Shown here piece after piece: positions 42,348-53,075 of a stretch of DNA of 64,000 nucleotides (position 1 is its first letter; every line of letters begins with the position of its first letter). Under the pieces are notes generated by a model. The model worked only from the letters and a program-made list of their open reading frames with translations, was not told the DNA's origin and made no database searches. Position numbers and translations under genes: made by a program. The DNA is from a bacterium (GTDB lineage: Bacteria > Patescibacteriota > JABMPQ01 > JBDRIV01): assembly GCA_043815505.1 (NCBI GenBank), contig JBDRIV010000004.1, forward strand, positions 113,671 through 177,670. The letters run 5' to 3'.

Positions 42348-44915
42348 TTAAAACAATCCAGCCGTTACATCAGCGCCTCCTCGAAAAGCGGAATCATAGG
42401 CAAAGAAATTTGGATAATTTCTGGGATAACCATTTACCTCAAATCCTCTTATGTGCGGACCACCACCATTGACTGCAGCAGTTAAAATTTCGGTGCGTCC
42501 GTCTTCATCAATATCAAACAAATCTACATGTGCTCCAATTTGGATATCGCCGTAGGCTTTAAATTCTCCTAATTGTGTATGATCTGAATTATAACGATAA
42601 ACTTTTATCCAAGCTTGCTCAGAAGAAGAACTTTGCGAAACGACAATTTCATCTTTACCATCGCCATCGTAATCCCCTGTCCCTACATCTACCCCACCAC
42701 GATAATCGGGATGAAAGGCAAAAAACTGAATTCCTTTAGCTGTGCCGTCCGCTTCAAAAACTCTAATTTGTGGTCCACCACCTGGTCCAGCACCGACAAT
42801 CACTTCGTCCTTACCATCATTATCAACGTCTCCCATAGCCACCGAGGCACCGGATTCCACATTACCAAAAGCATTCCATTCGCCCACAATTGTTTTGTCA
42901 TTATTGTAGCGATAAATTTTTACCCAGGCTTGTCCACCTTGCGCTTGCGCGGCAGCAATTTCTGCTTTGCCGTCGCCGTCCGTATCGCCACAAGCAATGT
43001 TAGTTCCAGTTCGAGAATCGGGATGAAAAGCAAAAAATTGAATTCCGCGCATCGAACCATCGGCTTCATAAACTTTAATGTGCGAACCAGCTCCAGCCAT
43101 CGGGGCAGTTATAACTTCATCAGCTCCGTCGCCATCAATATCACAAGCAGCCACATTAACACCGGATCGCATGGAAGTTCCATAAGGAAAAACATTTAAA
43201 ACTGATGGTGTTCCCGTTGGGCCGAAGCTTCTAACCTGACCACTACCTGGTCCAGAACCAGTTATAATTCGTAAATAATTTGGCATTGCTGAAACTTTGG
43301 TTTTAGCAGAATAATTGGGAACTTCATCATAAGAAAATATACTATAATAATATGTTTGACCGTTTGTAACCGAGGTATCTTCTTTGTATTCTCTACTACC
43401 AGAATAAATAGATGTTCCATCAGTGACGCTGGAAGGATAACCTGAAGTTTTTCGTCTGATCTTCACACCAGCAAAATCGTTGGTAGAGGGATTATCCCAG
43501 GTTAAAGAAACAAATCCATCATGTGGAATGGCAGTAAAATTACTAACTTTTGCAGGGGGTGTAGAATCATTGTTTAAAGCAGCAGAAATATTTATTAAAC
43601 CGTAACCATATTTATTATCTCTACCAGCCGCACCTAAATCAGTTGCGGTGTTTTTTATTGTTGTCCAAATATTAGCGGGAGCGATGCCTTTAGCTAACAT
43701 TAAAGCGACAGCTCCAGATACGTGAGGTGTAGCCATCGAAGTTCCCTGCCAAAATTGATAGGAAAAAGTAGTACAAGCTGAAGTGTTGCAAGTATCTTGT
43801 ATAATTCCATCGCCATGGCCATCACCGTTTTGATCAACAGAAGTATCTCCACCTGGCGCCATAATATCTAAAGCTGAACCGTAATTGGAATAACTAGCAC
43901 GCGTGGCATCATAACGAGTGGCACCAACCGCAATTACACCAGAGTGCGAAGCAGGATAATCAAGAGTGGGATCACCAATACTATCGCCTCCACCATTGCC
44001 AGCGGCAGCAACCACAATAACATTATGGGAAATAGCATGATCAATTGCTGATTTTAATGTAGCGCTATAACTTCCGCCCAAACTTAAATTTATAACGTCG
44101 GCGCCATGATTAACGGCATAATTAATTCCATCTGCTACAGCTGAAATTGGCCCCCAACCTACATCATCTAAAACTTTAACGGGCATTATTGTAGTATTGA
44201 AAGCAATTCCCGCTGTACCTAAATTATTATTGGTAGCTTGGGCAATCGTTCCAGAAACGTGCGTGCCGTGTCCATTATCATCATTGGGATGCGCATCACC
44301 ATTTATATAATCATAACCAGAGGTAAAATTTGTTCCTGCAAAATCTGGTGCTTTTTTATAACCACCATAATTCTCATAAGAAACTCCTGTATCAACAACT
44401 GCTACTACCACACTAGCAGCACCACCATATTTAGGATTTTTTTGATCAACGTTCCAAGCACTGGGCATATTAACATCTGAATTTGTTCCATTTCTAGTAT
44501 TGTGAAAATTCCATTGTAAATAAAAATAAGTGTCATTGGGCACATAGGAAGCTGTGTAAATATAATTCGGCTCGGCAAATTCCACTGCTGGGTTGTTATT
44601 TAATTCTGTAACAAATTCTTCTACACTTTTATTTTGTGGCACAGAAGCATTTGTTATTTTTTGCTCTGTAACACTTTTTACAGTCGAATTTTTTGCTGAC
44701 AATATTTTTAAACCACCAGTTTCTGATACATTATCTTTGAATTTAACTAAAACTTCACCTTCTACATAATCGGTAGCAGGTTCAGTGATGAAAGTTTTTC
44801 TTCCCAAATCGTCTTGAGCTGCTTGCAAATAAAAATCCGGATTAAATCCAGACATAGAAAACATGGTTGCCACAGCAATTAGACAAATCAAATAAAGGTG
44901 TTTTTTGTTTTTCAT
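42348..44915 (-). CDS. secreted subtilisin-like serine protease (S8) with C-terminal FG-GAP/VCBS-like repeats
   Basis: D (VVAVVDTGV), H (HGTHVSGT) and S (GTSMATPHVSG) catalytic triad motifs; signal peptide; Gly/Asp-rich repeats. Confidence 0.8.
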   Translation of the reverse strand: MKNKKHLYLICLIAVATMFSMSGFNPDFYLQAAQDDLGRKTFITEPATDYVEGEVLVKFKDNVSETGGLKILSAKNSTVKSVTEQKITNASVPQNKSVEEFVTELNNNPAVEFAEPNYIYTASYVPNDTYFYLQWNFHNTRNGTNSDVNMPSAWNVDQKNPKYGGAASVVVAVVDTGVSYENYGGYKKAPDFAGTNFTSGYDYINGDAHPNDDNGHGTHVSGTIAQATNNNLGTAGIAFNTTIMPVKVLDDVGWGPISAVADGINYAVNHGADVINLSLGGSYSATLKSAIDHAISHNVIVVAAAGNGGGDSIGDPTLDYPASHSGVIAVGATRYDATRASYSNYGSALDIMAPGGDTSVDQNGDGHGDGIIQDTCNTSACTTFSYQFWQGTSMATPHVSGAVALMLAKGIAPANIWTTIKNTATDLGAAGRDNKYGYGLINISAALNNDSTPPAKVSNFTAIPHDGFVSLTWDNPSTNDFAGVKIRRKTSGYPSSVTDGTSIYSGSREYKEDTSVTNGQTYYYSIFSYDEVPNYSAKTKVSAMPNYLRIITGSGPGSGQVRSFGPTGTPSVLNVFPYGTSMRSGVNVAACDIDGDGADEVITAPMAGAGSHIKVYEADGSMRGIQFFAFHPDSRTGTNIACGDTDGDGKAEIAAAQAQGGQAWVKIYRYNNDKTIVGEWNAFGNVESGASVAMGDVDNDGKDEVIVGAGPGGGPQIRVFEADGTAKGIQFFAFHPDYRGGVDVGTGDYDGDGKDEIVVSQSSSSEQAWIKVYRYNSDHTQLGEFKAYGDIQIGAHVDLFDIDEDGRTEILTAAVNGGGPHIRGFEVNGYPRNYPNFFAYDSAFRGGADVTAGLF

Positions 44916-44984
44916 TTTATTTCCCTCTTTTAAAAGTCTTTTACTATTTAAGTATACACCAAAATAGCAATAAAATCAAGGTTT

Positions 44985-46169
44985 TTAAATAACTTTTACC
45001 GCTTTAATGGCAAAAAGACTTATTACTCCCAAAATTAAAACAGTAATTCCTAAAACTATAAAAGTTTGTGAAATCGAATAAATATCGGCAAAATAACCGG
45101 CAAAAGGAATTATTAAGGCATATGTTATGCTATTAATTAATCCATGAATAGACAAAACGGTTGCGCGGCGATCAGAAGTGGTTAATTTGTTTATGTAATC
45201 GGTTAAAACAGTTTTGGCAAAGGCTCTCACAAATTGTTGAATAAAAGCAAAGGAAAAACTAAAAAGCCAAATAATGTTACCCATCAACAAATAACTGATA
45301 CCAATTAAAAATGGCAACATTACTAAAGAATAGCGCGCGCCCAGTTTCTTTTCCAGTTTGTAAGTTAATTTAGAACTGATAGCTGCCACAATTTGGAAAG
45401 ATGCAAAAATAACTCCAAAATAAATAATATCAACACCGGTTTCTTTTACATAAGGTTGATAAAACCACAGCACCGCTTGATTAAAACCAAAAATAATTCC
45501 AGCATAAATTATCAACCACTTCAATTTTTTGCTATGTAAAAATATTTCTTTAAGTATGTTTACAAGCTCTTTCGTATACCCTTCTTTAATAACTAATTTT
45601 GTTCTAACTGGTTCATACAAAGAAAAGGCTATAGGAATAAGCAATATTTGAAAAGGTAAAACTAAATAAAAAGTTAAACGAAAACTATAGTCACCAATAA
45701 TACTTCCTAAAATGGAAGAGATGGCAATAAAAGTTAAAGTTATAAAATAAGTATTGCCAAATATTTTTTTGTAATCTTTTGTTCTGCCCAGCCCTTTTAA
45801 AGTATCAAAAATAAAAGCGGAATCAGTTCCAGAAATGAAGGAAATGGCCAAAGCCAAAGAAAATTCTGCTAAAAAGAATTCTAGGAAAGAATCGCTAATA
45901 CTATAAATAGCCATTCCTAAAAATGAAAATAAGCCAGCCCAAATTAGAATTTTCTTACGACTAAAAAGATCGGCCAAATATCCTGATGGCACTTCTAAAA
46001 CCACAACTGAAATAGCAAACAAAGATTGCAGAACCATAATTTGCGTTAGTGACAAACCATGTTCCTGCCAAAACAAAACCACAATGGGCAAAGCAAAAAA
46101 TATACCTCTTATGGCCATGAAGAGGTAGAATTTCCAAATATTACTTTGTAACTTCAATTCTTCATTCAT
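44985..46169 (-). CDS. MFS transporter
   Basis: 394 aa with about 12 TM segments. Confidence 0.65.
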   Translation of the reverse strand: MNEELKLQSNIWKFYLFMAIRGIFFALPIVVLFWQEHGLSLTQIMVLQSLFAISVVVLEVPSGYLADLFSRKKILIWAGLFSFLGMAIYSISDSFLEFFLAEFSLALAISFISGTDSAFIFDTLKGLGRTKDYKKIFGNTYFITLTFIAISSILGSIIGDYSFRLTFYLVLPFQILLIPIAFSLYEPVRTKLVIKEGYTKELVNILKEIFLHSKKLKWLIIYAGIIFGFNQAVLWFYQPYVKETGVDIIYFGVIFASFQIVAAISSKLTYKLEKKLGARYSLVMLPFLIGISYLLMGNIIWLFSFSFAFIQQFVRAFAKTVLTDYINKLTTSDRRATVLSIHGLINSITYALIIPFAGYFADIYSISQTFIVLGITVLILGVISLFAIKAVKVI

Positions 46170-46512
46170 TTTTTACTCTGCGTACAATTAAATAAGAAAC
46201 AAAAATACCCACACCGTCTATTAAAACATCCATACTGCTGCCCATTCTACCCAGAATAAACAATTGATGAAACTCATCCAGTACCGCATACAAAATTGCC
46301 AATAGAATTGCATAAGTTACCAGTTTTTTATCATATTTCAAGGCGCGATAAACTAACCAAAACAAAACGCCAAATTCTACCATATGAGCAATTTTACGCA
46401 AGACAAAATCCCAATTTCCCAGACCGGAACTTAAGTTGGGTTGATTGGAAAAAAAGAAAATTAGGCCAGCCCATAAAATTGGTGGCAATACCTTGTAGAA
46501 AAAGTGTTTCAT
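46162..46512 (-). CDS. VanZ-like family membrane protein
   Basis: 116 aa with three or four TM helices, VanZ-like pattern. Confidence 0.5.
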   Translation of the reverse strand: MKHFFYKVLPPILWAGLIFFFSNQPNLSSGLGNWDFVLRKIAHMVEFGVLFWLVYRALKYDKKLVTYAILLAILYAVLDEFHQLFILGRMGSSMDVLIDGVGIFVSYLIVRRVKNE

Positions 46513-46561
46513 TGCTATGCTAAATAAGACCTTAAATGGTTTCTTTTATATTATAACATTT

Positions 46562-46676
46562 TTGGAAAAAAGCCCGGTTGTACAACCGGGAACAATCAGA
46601 ATACAAACCTCTCTTATTAATAATATCGTAATAGAAAGATAAATACAATTATTAATCATTAATTTGTACAACTGGG
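46562..46676. promoter_or_regulatory. GTAC-core inverted-repeat cassette upstream of the PHP gene
   Basis: Distal perfect palindrome CCCGGTTGTACAACCGGG; proximal AATTTGTACAACTGGG ends at 46676, ATG at 46677. Confidence 0.55.
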
Positions 46677-47510
46677 ATGGCGACTTTGCGGTTAAGACGT
46701 GAAAAATTAGATGCTAAAAAATGGCACGATCAGGGTTATCAGCTTTTTGATATGCATTTGCATACCAAATTTTCTAATGATGCTTTTTCTTCAGTTAATA
46801 GAGTTTTAAAATTGGCCAAGAGAAAAGGAATTGGTTTGGCAATTTCCGATCACAATGAAATTCGCGGCTCGGTAATTGCTGCCAAAAACAAAATGGGCGT
46901 GCCCATAATTCCCGGTATTGAATTGAAATTTCAGCGTAATTTAGACATTTTATGTTACTTTTATTCAGTGGAAGATTTACAAAATTTTTTTCGTAAATAT
47001 GTCGAACCACATTTAAAAACTCCTTTCGCACCAACCAATATTCGCTTCATCGATATGGCGCCGGAATATTTCTTTTCCCAGATTCATGATATTAATTACG
47101 TTGTAAGTATTGCTCATCCTTTTGTTTTTCGAGCTGGTGCCGCTGTTTTAATAAAGGAAAAATTCATTTCGGCTCATTTATTAGATTATGCTACTATGGT
47201 AGAAATTATGAATGGTCACATGACAAAAGGAACAAATTTGAAGGCAGCTCGTTGGAAACTAGCATCACACAAGAACGCTTCGGGCGGCTCCGATTCTCAT
47301 ATGGGAATCAATGTTGGACGCATGGTCACAGCTACTAAAGTTATGGATGCCGAGCATTTTTTAGATGCTGTTAAGCGTGAATCAATTGCTATTGGTAAAG
47401 AACCTTTTTATATGAACACGATTGTTTCTTTTGCCATTGGATTATTAAAAATTATTATATTACATTTTAAAGATTTAATTTTTAAATCATCAAGGAAAAA
47501 AGATGTCTAA
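46677..47510 (+). CDS. PHP-domain phosphoesterase
   Basis: HLHTKFSND...ISDHN PHP motifs; ATG directly abutted by the GTAC-core motif. Confidence 0.7.
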   Translation: MATLRLRREKLDAKKWHDQGYQLFDMHLHTKFSNDAFSSVNRVLKLAKRKGIGLAISDHNEIRGSVIAAKNKMGVPIIPGIELKFQRNLDILCYFYSVEDLQNFFRKYVEPHLKTPFAPTNIRFIDMAPEYFFSQIHDINYVVSIAHPFVFRAGAAVLIKEKFISAHLLDYATMVEIMNGHMTKGTNLKAARWKLASHKNASGGSDSHMGINVGRMVTATKVMDAEHFLDAVKRESIAIGKEPFYMNTIVSFAIGLLKIIILHFKDLIFKSSRKKDV

Positions 47511-48102
47511 TATTTCTGGTCTTAGTAAAGAAGAATCTGGATTTTGGAATAAATGGAATAATATGAAAAAGCCAATTTTTGAACCATTTGTTAAAATTTG
47601 CCAGATTTTAAAAATTCAACCCAATTGGATAAGTTATACGGCTATTGTCTTGTCGATTGTATTTTATTTCTTAATTAGCAAAGATATTTTATGGGCGACT
47701 GTAATTTTGTTTGCCGGATTACTACTAGATGGTTTAGATGGACCAGTTGCTCGCGCTACAGGCAAAGCCGGTCCGCGTGGTGCTATTACAGATGTAACAG
47801 CTGATATGCTCGCTATTACTTTTACGGCGATGGCTTGGGCGAAAATTGGTTTGGTAGAATATAATTTAACTGTGATTTACGTTTTGTTTTACGCTTTGAT
47901 TTTATTTTCTACTTTTGTACGCAATGCTATGGATAAACCGCATGGTTATATGATAATTCGTCCTCGCCTTACAACTTACATTTTGTTTTTGTTTTTTGTA
48001 ATTTGGAACGTGAATTTGCTCCCAGTCGCCTTTTGGATGTCCGTAGTTTATTTAGGAATTGTGTTAGTGATGAATTTTGTGGTTATTCGAAGAGAGTTAT
48101 AG
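47503..48102 (+). CDS. CDP-alcohol phosphatidyltransferase
   Basis: DGLDGPVAR...G...D...D signature. Confidence 0.75.
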   Translation: MSNISGLSKEESGFWNKWNNMKKPIFEPFVKICQILKIQPNWISYTAIVLSIVFYFLISKDILWATVILFAGLLLDGLDGPVARATGKAGPRGAITDVTADMLAITFTAMAWAKIGLVEYNLTVIYVLFYALILFSTFVRNAMDKPHGYMIIRPRLTTYILFLFFVIWNVNLLPVAFWMSVVYLGIVLVMNFVVIRREL

Positions 48103-48297
48103 ATTTTGGCTTTTTGAAAAAGCCAGGTGGAAAAACCTGGTTTTTTGTATAAATAATTATCATTATGGCTTTAGTCTTCCACCTTTTGGCAGCAATTTCT
48201 CCTCTACCTTTTGGCGCCAAAAGGTAGCCAAAAGCGCCTCGCGGTGGTTGATTTTTGAAGCTCACTATCAGCTCGACCTTATTAATTTCCTGAACTC

Positions 48298-48328
48298 CCC
48301 AGCTCCAGTTTTTTAAACTGGGGCTGGG
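48298..48328. repeat. short-loop member of the CCCAGCYCCAGTTTT/AAACTGGGGCTGGG hairpin family
   Basis: Near-perfect 14-bp stem with a 2-nt loop. Confidence 0.5.
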
Positions 48329-48387
48329 TCAAACAGCAGGAAATTTTGCTAACGCAAACATTCGGTCTTTGCTTGAGTCGAGCAAAC

Positions 48388-48417
48388 AAAAATCCCCACA
48401 TGCTCGGGGATTTTTTT
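48388..48417. terminator. bidirectional hairpin terminator
   Basis: AAAAATCCCC-ACATGCTC-GGGGATTTTT perfect stem flanked by an A-run and a T-run. Confidence 0.5.
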
Positions 48418-48603
48418 ACGACGACTTATACTCTTACTCATCAAGTCAAGTTAACCAACCTCACCCCAGGTTGGAAATCGTGCTATTAGCCATTAGCTCT
48501 TGGCTATTTGCCAATTATGCTCACCATAGGCTCGATAAACGACGTCGGACAAAGTTAAGTTTACCAAATTCAACTCAGATAGGATTACAAATTAAATACT
48601 CTA

Positions 48604-49251
48604 TTAGGGAATATAATTAGAGTAAATTATTCTCCAGAATAGAATAACTGTATAAAGTATTGAAAAGATAGAATACAACAATACAAAATAAAATAAAAAT
48701 AAACCATAATCTAATTTAATAAATTCAACCGATAAAAGAATTAAGCTTATTATAATATTTATTGATAAAAATATAAAAGAGTGCCTTAAATTTCTAAATA
48801 CTTCATTTTTTCTTTTGTAATTAATTTTATAATATTCAAATAGTGTTTTTATTAAATCTATTGTCCCTGTATTTGTGTTTGGTTCTGGAATAAATCCGAA
48901 GCTTGAAATTAAATATTTTCTTAATTCATCAAGTTTTTCAGCTGTCAATATATCGACATTTATTTTCTTAAATTCTTTTATAATTTTAAAGTTATGAATG
49001 TTTGGATATTTATATTTAGGTAATTGTGTTTTCTTTATCTTGAATATTAAATCTATAATGATTTCTCTGTATTTATAAATACAAGTTGTAATTTTATCAA
49101 TTTTAAACACAACAAATGTTCCACCCAACGCTAAAATGGCCGCACAAACTTGAGCAATTGTACTAAAAGTCCAAAACCAAATTTCTTGTGTAATAATCAT
49201 ATATTTTATAATAAACCAACTACATTGTAGTTGGTTTGAGTGATTTTGCAA
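48604..49251 (-). CDS. hypothetical very AT-rich membrane protein
   Basis: 215 aa, Lys/Ile/Phe/Tyr-rich, several TM helices. Confidence 0.45.
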   Translation of the reverse strand: MQNHSNQLQCSWFIIKYMIITQEIWFWTFSTIAQVCAAILALGGTFVVFKIDKITTCIYKYREIIIDLIFKIKKTQLPKYKYPNIHNFKIIKEFKKINVDILTAEKLDELRKYLISSFGFIPEPNTNTGTIDLIKTLFEYYKINYKRKNEVFRNLRHSFIFLSINIIISLILLSVEFIKLDYGLFLFYFVLLYSIFSILYTVILFWRIIYSNYIP

Positions 49252-49258
49252 GGTTTAA

Positions 49259-49864
49259 TTAACCTCTTAATTCTTTTTCGTACAAAATTTTTCTACAAGT
49301 GCAGTAGTTCCCTAAATGACACAACGCTAAACGAGTTGCTGTGAATTCTATTGGATAACTAAGCTCATCCTTTAGATCTCCTATCCCCAATGTTATGTGA
49401 GGATTATAATTTTCATAACTGCTTTCGTTTAAATAACTATTGACCCAAATATCTGCAACCTCAACTTCTGGTGGAGTAAAAAACATCTTATTTTTCGCAT
49501 TCCATTTTAGTAATTCCAAGTTTTTATTTATAATTTTCTCGTGCAATTCCTGTATTTGATCATTTGCATGTATTAAAAAATATGGACACAGTTCATTTGT
49601 AGGAATTTTTTCAATGGTAGTATCTTGAATTTGCAAATTTATTGATTTTGTTTCTTTAGCAATTTTATCTAGATTCTGTCCAATTGTTGGTAAATTCACA
49701 TAATCTATAACACCCATAGCCAAAGATATATGTGGTAAACATTTTTCTTTGTCTAAGACTATTTTTTCTTTTCCCTCAACTATAAGCTTTCTATTTTGTT
49801 CTATTGCCAAATCCATTATTTCATCTGGTGGCAATAGAACAATATCAATAGCAAGTTTTTTCAT
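49259..49864 (-). CDS. 2H phosphoesterase superfamily protein (LigT/cyclic phosphodiesterase-like)
   Basis: Two H-x-T/S-x motifs (PHISLAMG and PHITLGIG). Confidence 0.6.
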   Translation of the reverse strand: MKKLAIDIVLLPPDEIMDLAIEQNRKLIVEGKEKIVLDKEKCLPHISLAMGVIDYVNLPTIGQNLDKIAKETKSINLQIQDTTIEKIPTNELCPYFLIHANDQIQELHEKIINKNLELLKWNAKNKMFFTPPEVEVADIWVNSYLNESSYENYNPHITLGIGDLKDELSYPIEFTATRLALCHLGNYCTCRKILYEKELRG

Positions 49865-49876
49865 AATATTTTTTAA

Positions 49877-51100
49877 TTACATAGCATCTGCTATGCGCTT
49901 CACTGCTAACAGATACGCGCCCATGCGGAGGTCTGCTTTGTGTTTTTTTGCCATTTTATAAATATCTTGGAAAGCTTTCTTCATTATCGGTTCAAGTTTT
50001 TGTAAAACTTCTTCCTCTGTCCAATGTTCATTTTTCATATTCTGATCCCATTCAAAATAACTTCCAGTTACTCCGCCAGCGTTGGCTAAAACATCAGGAA
50101 TAAGGAGAATATTATTCTGGAATAGAATTTCATCTGCTTCAGGAGTTGTTGGACCATTGGCTAATTCCACAACAATTTTAGCTTTAATATTAGCTGTATT
50201 AACATCGGTAATCTGATTTTCAAGTGCTGCTGGCACTAACACATCTACATCGAGTTCCAATATTTCTTCGTTAGAAACTTTTTTAGGAGCTTCGAAGTTC
50301 ACTACGCTCCCCTTCTCTAATTTCATTTTTTCAACTGCATCTGGATCCATACCATCAGGATTATAAATTCCACCTTGCGAATCAGAGACAGCCACAATCT
50401 TCATATCTTTTTTATGAAGTAATTTTGCCATGTGAGCGCCAGCATTGCCAAAACCTTGAATGGCAACCGTAGTTCCCTCTTCTAGCTTTTTTAATACTTT
50501 AAGCGCTTCTTCCAAAACATAAACTCCGCCTTGGGCTGTGGAAAAACTTCTTCCTTCCGAACCGCCATCTTCAATTGGCTTACCGGTAATTACAGCTGGT
50601 GTGTCTTTACCAACAATTTTTGAATATTCATCTTTCATCCACGACATAATTTGTGGCGTGGTATTTACGTCTGGTGCTGGTACGTCTTTGTTTGGTCCAA
50701 TAAATTCATGAATTTCTTGAATAAAACCGCGGGTAAGTTTTTCTAATTCTGTGTTAGAAAGTTCTTTCGGATTAACTGTAATTCCCCCCTTACCACCACC
50801 GAAAGGAATATTAACAGCCGCACATTTTATCGCCATCCAAGCTGACAACGCTTTTACTTCATCCATATTTACTTGTTCATGGTATCTGATTCCGCCTTTG
50901 TAAGGACCGCGCGCATTATTAAACTGAACTCGGTAGCCGTGAAATTTTTTAGTTTCGCCATTATCCATTTGCACGGGAACTTCAACTTCAATTATATTTT
51001 TTGGTTTTGTTAATTTGGCAATTGTGTCATCATCCAAATTTAACATTTTAGCCGCTTTGGTAATTTGACTTACAGCAGTTTGAAAAGGATTGTTTTCCAT
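49877..51100 (-). CDS. gdhA: Glu/Leu/Phe/Val-family glutamate dehydrogenase
   Basis: 407 aa; FGGGKGG glycine-rich motif and catalytic Lys region. Confidence 0.85.
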   Translation of the reverse strand: MENNPFQTAVSQITKAAKMLNLDDDTIAKLTKPKNIIEVEVPVQMDNGETKKFHGYRVQFNNARGPYKGGIRYHEQVNMDEVKALSAWMAIKCAAVNIPFGGGKGGITVNPKELSNTELEKLTRGFIQEIHEFIGPNKDVPAPDVNTTPQIMSWMKDEYSKIVGKDTPAVITGKPIEDGGSEGRSFSTAQGGVYVLEEALKVLKKLEEGTTVAIQGFGNAGAHMAKLLHKKDMKIVAVSDSQGGIYNPDGMDPDAVEKMKLEKGSVVNFEAPKKVSNEEILELDVDVLVPAALENQITDVNTANIKAKIVVELANGPTTPEADEILFQNNILLIPDVLANAGGVTGSYFEWDQNMKNEHWTEEEVLQKLEPIMKKAFQDIYKMAKKHKADLRMGAYLLAVKRIADAM

Positions 51101-51199
51101 TGAGATAATTAAATATTTAGAATTTCATTATAGCACATTTCAATATATAAAAAGTTAGAAAAACCGCTTTTTTGAAAACGGTTTAATTTATTATCATTT

Positions 51200-53023
51200 C
51201 TATTTATCGCTCTTTTTTGTGTCTTCTTCCACCTCAAAACCATTTGTGGTGGCGGTTTGTTGAACTTGATCAGAGATTTCTTCCAACACGGAATTATTTA
51301 TATCTCGATTACGAGCAGATTCTAGGGCATCTAGAATTTCATAAAAAGTATCAATAGTAGGGTCATTGCCAAAATCTTTGAGCTTAGTTTGTAAAATTTC
51401 AATATAGATTTGGTTAGCACTCTCTTTCAAAATATTAATTTCGTCCTGCGGTAAACTTAAAATATCAGCTCTAATCATACTATCAGCCAACTTTTGATAA
51501 TTGCTTTCGGACGGATCGTTAACATATTCATCCAAACGAAAATCAACCACACTTTGTTTATAATTCTGACCAGCTTCACTTAATTTATTTTCATCAATAT
51601 CAACTCTTAATTGCAGCAATTTTTCATAATAAAGAGCAAATTTGCTAAAGTTATCTTCACCACCATCACTTTTCATACGATTCACTTCATTATTAAATGC
51701 TTGCCCATAAAATTCTGCTGCTTCTTGTGGCTGCAATAATTCTGCTTGGGGAAAGGTAGTGAGAGTTGGTGGAACTTCTCCTAAAATATAAGCCGCTACA
51801 ATTCTGGAATCTGTAATTCTTTGAGGTTGAAAGAAACTACCTGTTACATCAAGAACTTTTCTTTGCTCAGAATTATTTATAATTCTAACGTCCAGTTCCA
51901 TAAAACCTCCCCGCGAAACAGCTAATATTTCCAACTCTCCTTTTTCATACATTCTATCCAACTCGGAAACATTCACCACTTCCTCATCTTCAGCATATAC
52001 TGTCGGCACCAAACTAAGTTTAATTTCACCAGAATCAAAATAGTTATAGGTTAATATTACAAGCATTAAAAGCAGAATTGTAAAAGCTATTAAAATTAAA
52101 GCCATCAGATATGGTTTTTTGGAAAAGAAAATTCTTTTTTTAACCATAACTATAAATGCAATAATAACCAAAAGAAAACTGAAAAACATTCTAACAATAT
52201 CTAGAAGATCTAAACCACCAAATTTTAATTCTTCAACAGAAAAGAGTTCAGTGTCTTCCAAACCAGCCAAACTGGAGGCGCCTTCAGTTTTAGCGTCATC
52301 CAAAATTGATTTTTGAATATTATAAGGATCAGCAATATCAGCTTTAGCAGCACTTAGTAACGTTGACAAAGAAGATCTTTTTAAATTGACTTGATTTCCT
52401 TGATAAAACATTTCTTCACCAGTATAAGGAATTCCCCTTTCGCCATCAAGCGCATAAGTACGCAAACGCAAGTATTTTTCTTCGCCCGCTTCAAGAATAA
52501 CTGAAGATTTTTTGACAGCAACGCTAGTTGAACAATTGAAACTTGCTAATAATTTTTTCTGATTAACTATTTTCTGTCGCCAATTTTTTGTAGCTTCAGC
52601 TTCATATTTAGCATCTGTATTATTGATCAAACAAGTAAAAGAAGAGTTGGCTAATTCTACTTCAGCTTTTCTGGTTGCTAATTCTCCCTGACAACGAAGA
52701 ACTTCGGTATCGTCAGTTTCTTGTTCACTAATTCCAGCAAAAACGGTTTCTCCTAAAGATTTAAAATAGTTTCGAGAAACTAATTTGATTTTATTTTCCG
52801 CTAAGGAAATAAATTCGTTGTGTAATACATCTAAACTGTCTAATTCAGAAACCTCGTCAGCAGAATCTGATTCACGCGGCACAGCTCCATTTTCATATGA
52901 AATTTGATAAGAATCGACACACTGACCATTTAAGTCATCAATTTCGGCAAGAGAAAAAGCCAGACTGGTTACTGGTACAATTAGAAACAAAGCAATAAAA
53001 AAAGTAAAAATTAGTCGCTTCAT
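51200..53023 (-). CDS. hypothetical secreted/membrane-associated protein (607 aa)
   Basis: N-terminal signal peptide, central TM region, acidic coiled-coil-like segments. Confidence 0.45.
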   Translation of the reverse strand: MKRLIFTFFIALFLIVPVTSLAFSLAEIDDLNGQCVDSYQISYENGAVPRESDSADEVSELDSLDVLHNEFISLAENKIKLVSRNYFKSLGETVFAGISEQETDDTEVLRCQGELATRKAEVELANSSFTCLINNTDAKYEAEATKNWRQKIVNQKKLLASFNCSTSVAVKKSSVILEAGEEKYLRLRTYALDGERGIPYTGEEMFYQGNQVNLKRSSLSTLLSAAKADIADPYNIQKSILDDAKTEGASSLAGLEDTELFSVEELKFGGLDLLDIVRMFFSFLLVIIAFIVMVKKRIFFSKKPYLMALILIAFTILLLMLVILTYNYFDSGEIKLSLVPTVYAEDEEVVNVSELDRMYEKGELEILAVSRGGFMELDVRIINNSEQRKVLDVTGSFFQPQRITDSRIVAAYILGEVPPTLTTFPQAELLQPQEAAEFYGQAFNNEVNRMKSDGGEDNFSKFALYYEKLLQLRVDIDENKLSEAGQNYKQSVVDFRLDEYVNDPSESNYQKLADSMIRADILSLPQDEINILKESANQIYIEILQTKLKDFGNDPTIDTFYEILDALESARNRDINNSVLEEISDQVQQTATTNGFEVEEDTKKSDK

Positions 53024-53075
53024 ATAATAGTATTATAACATTTTTACCATAGAAAAAACAGGCTATTTTAGCCTG

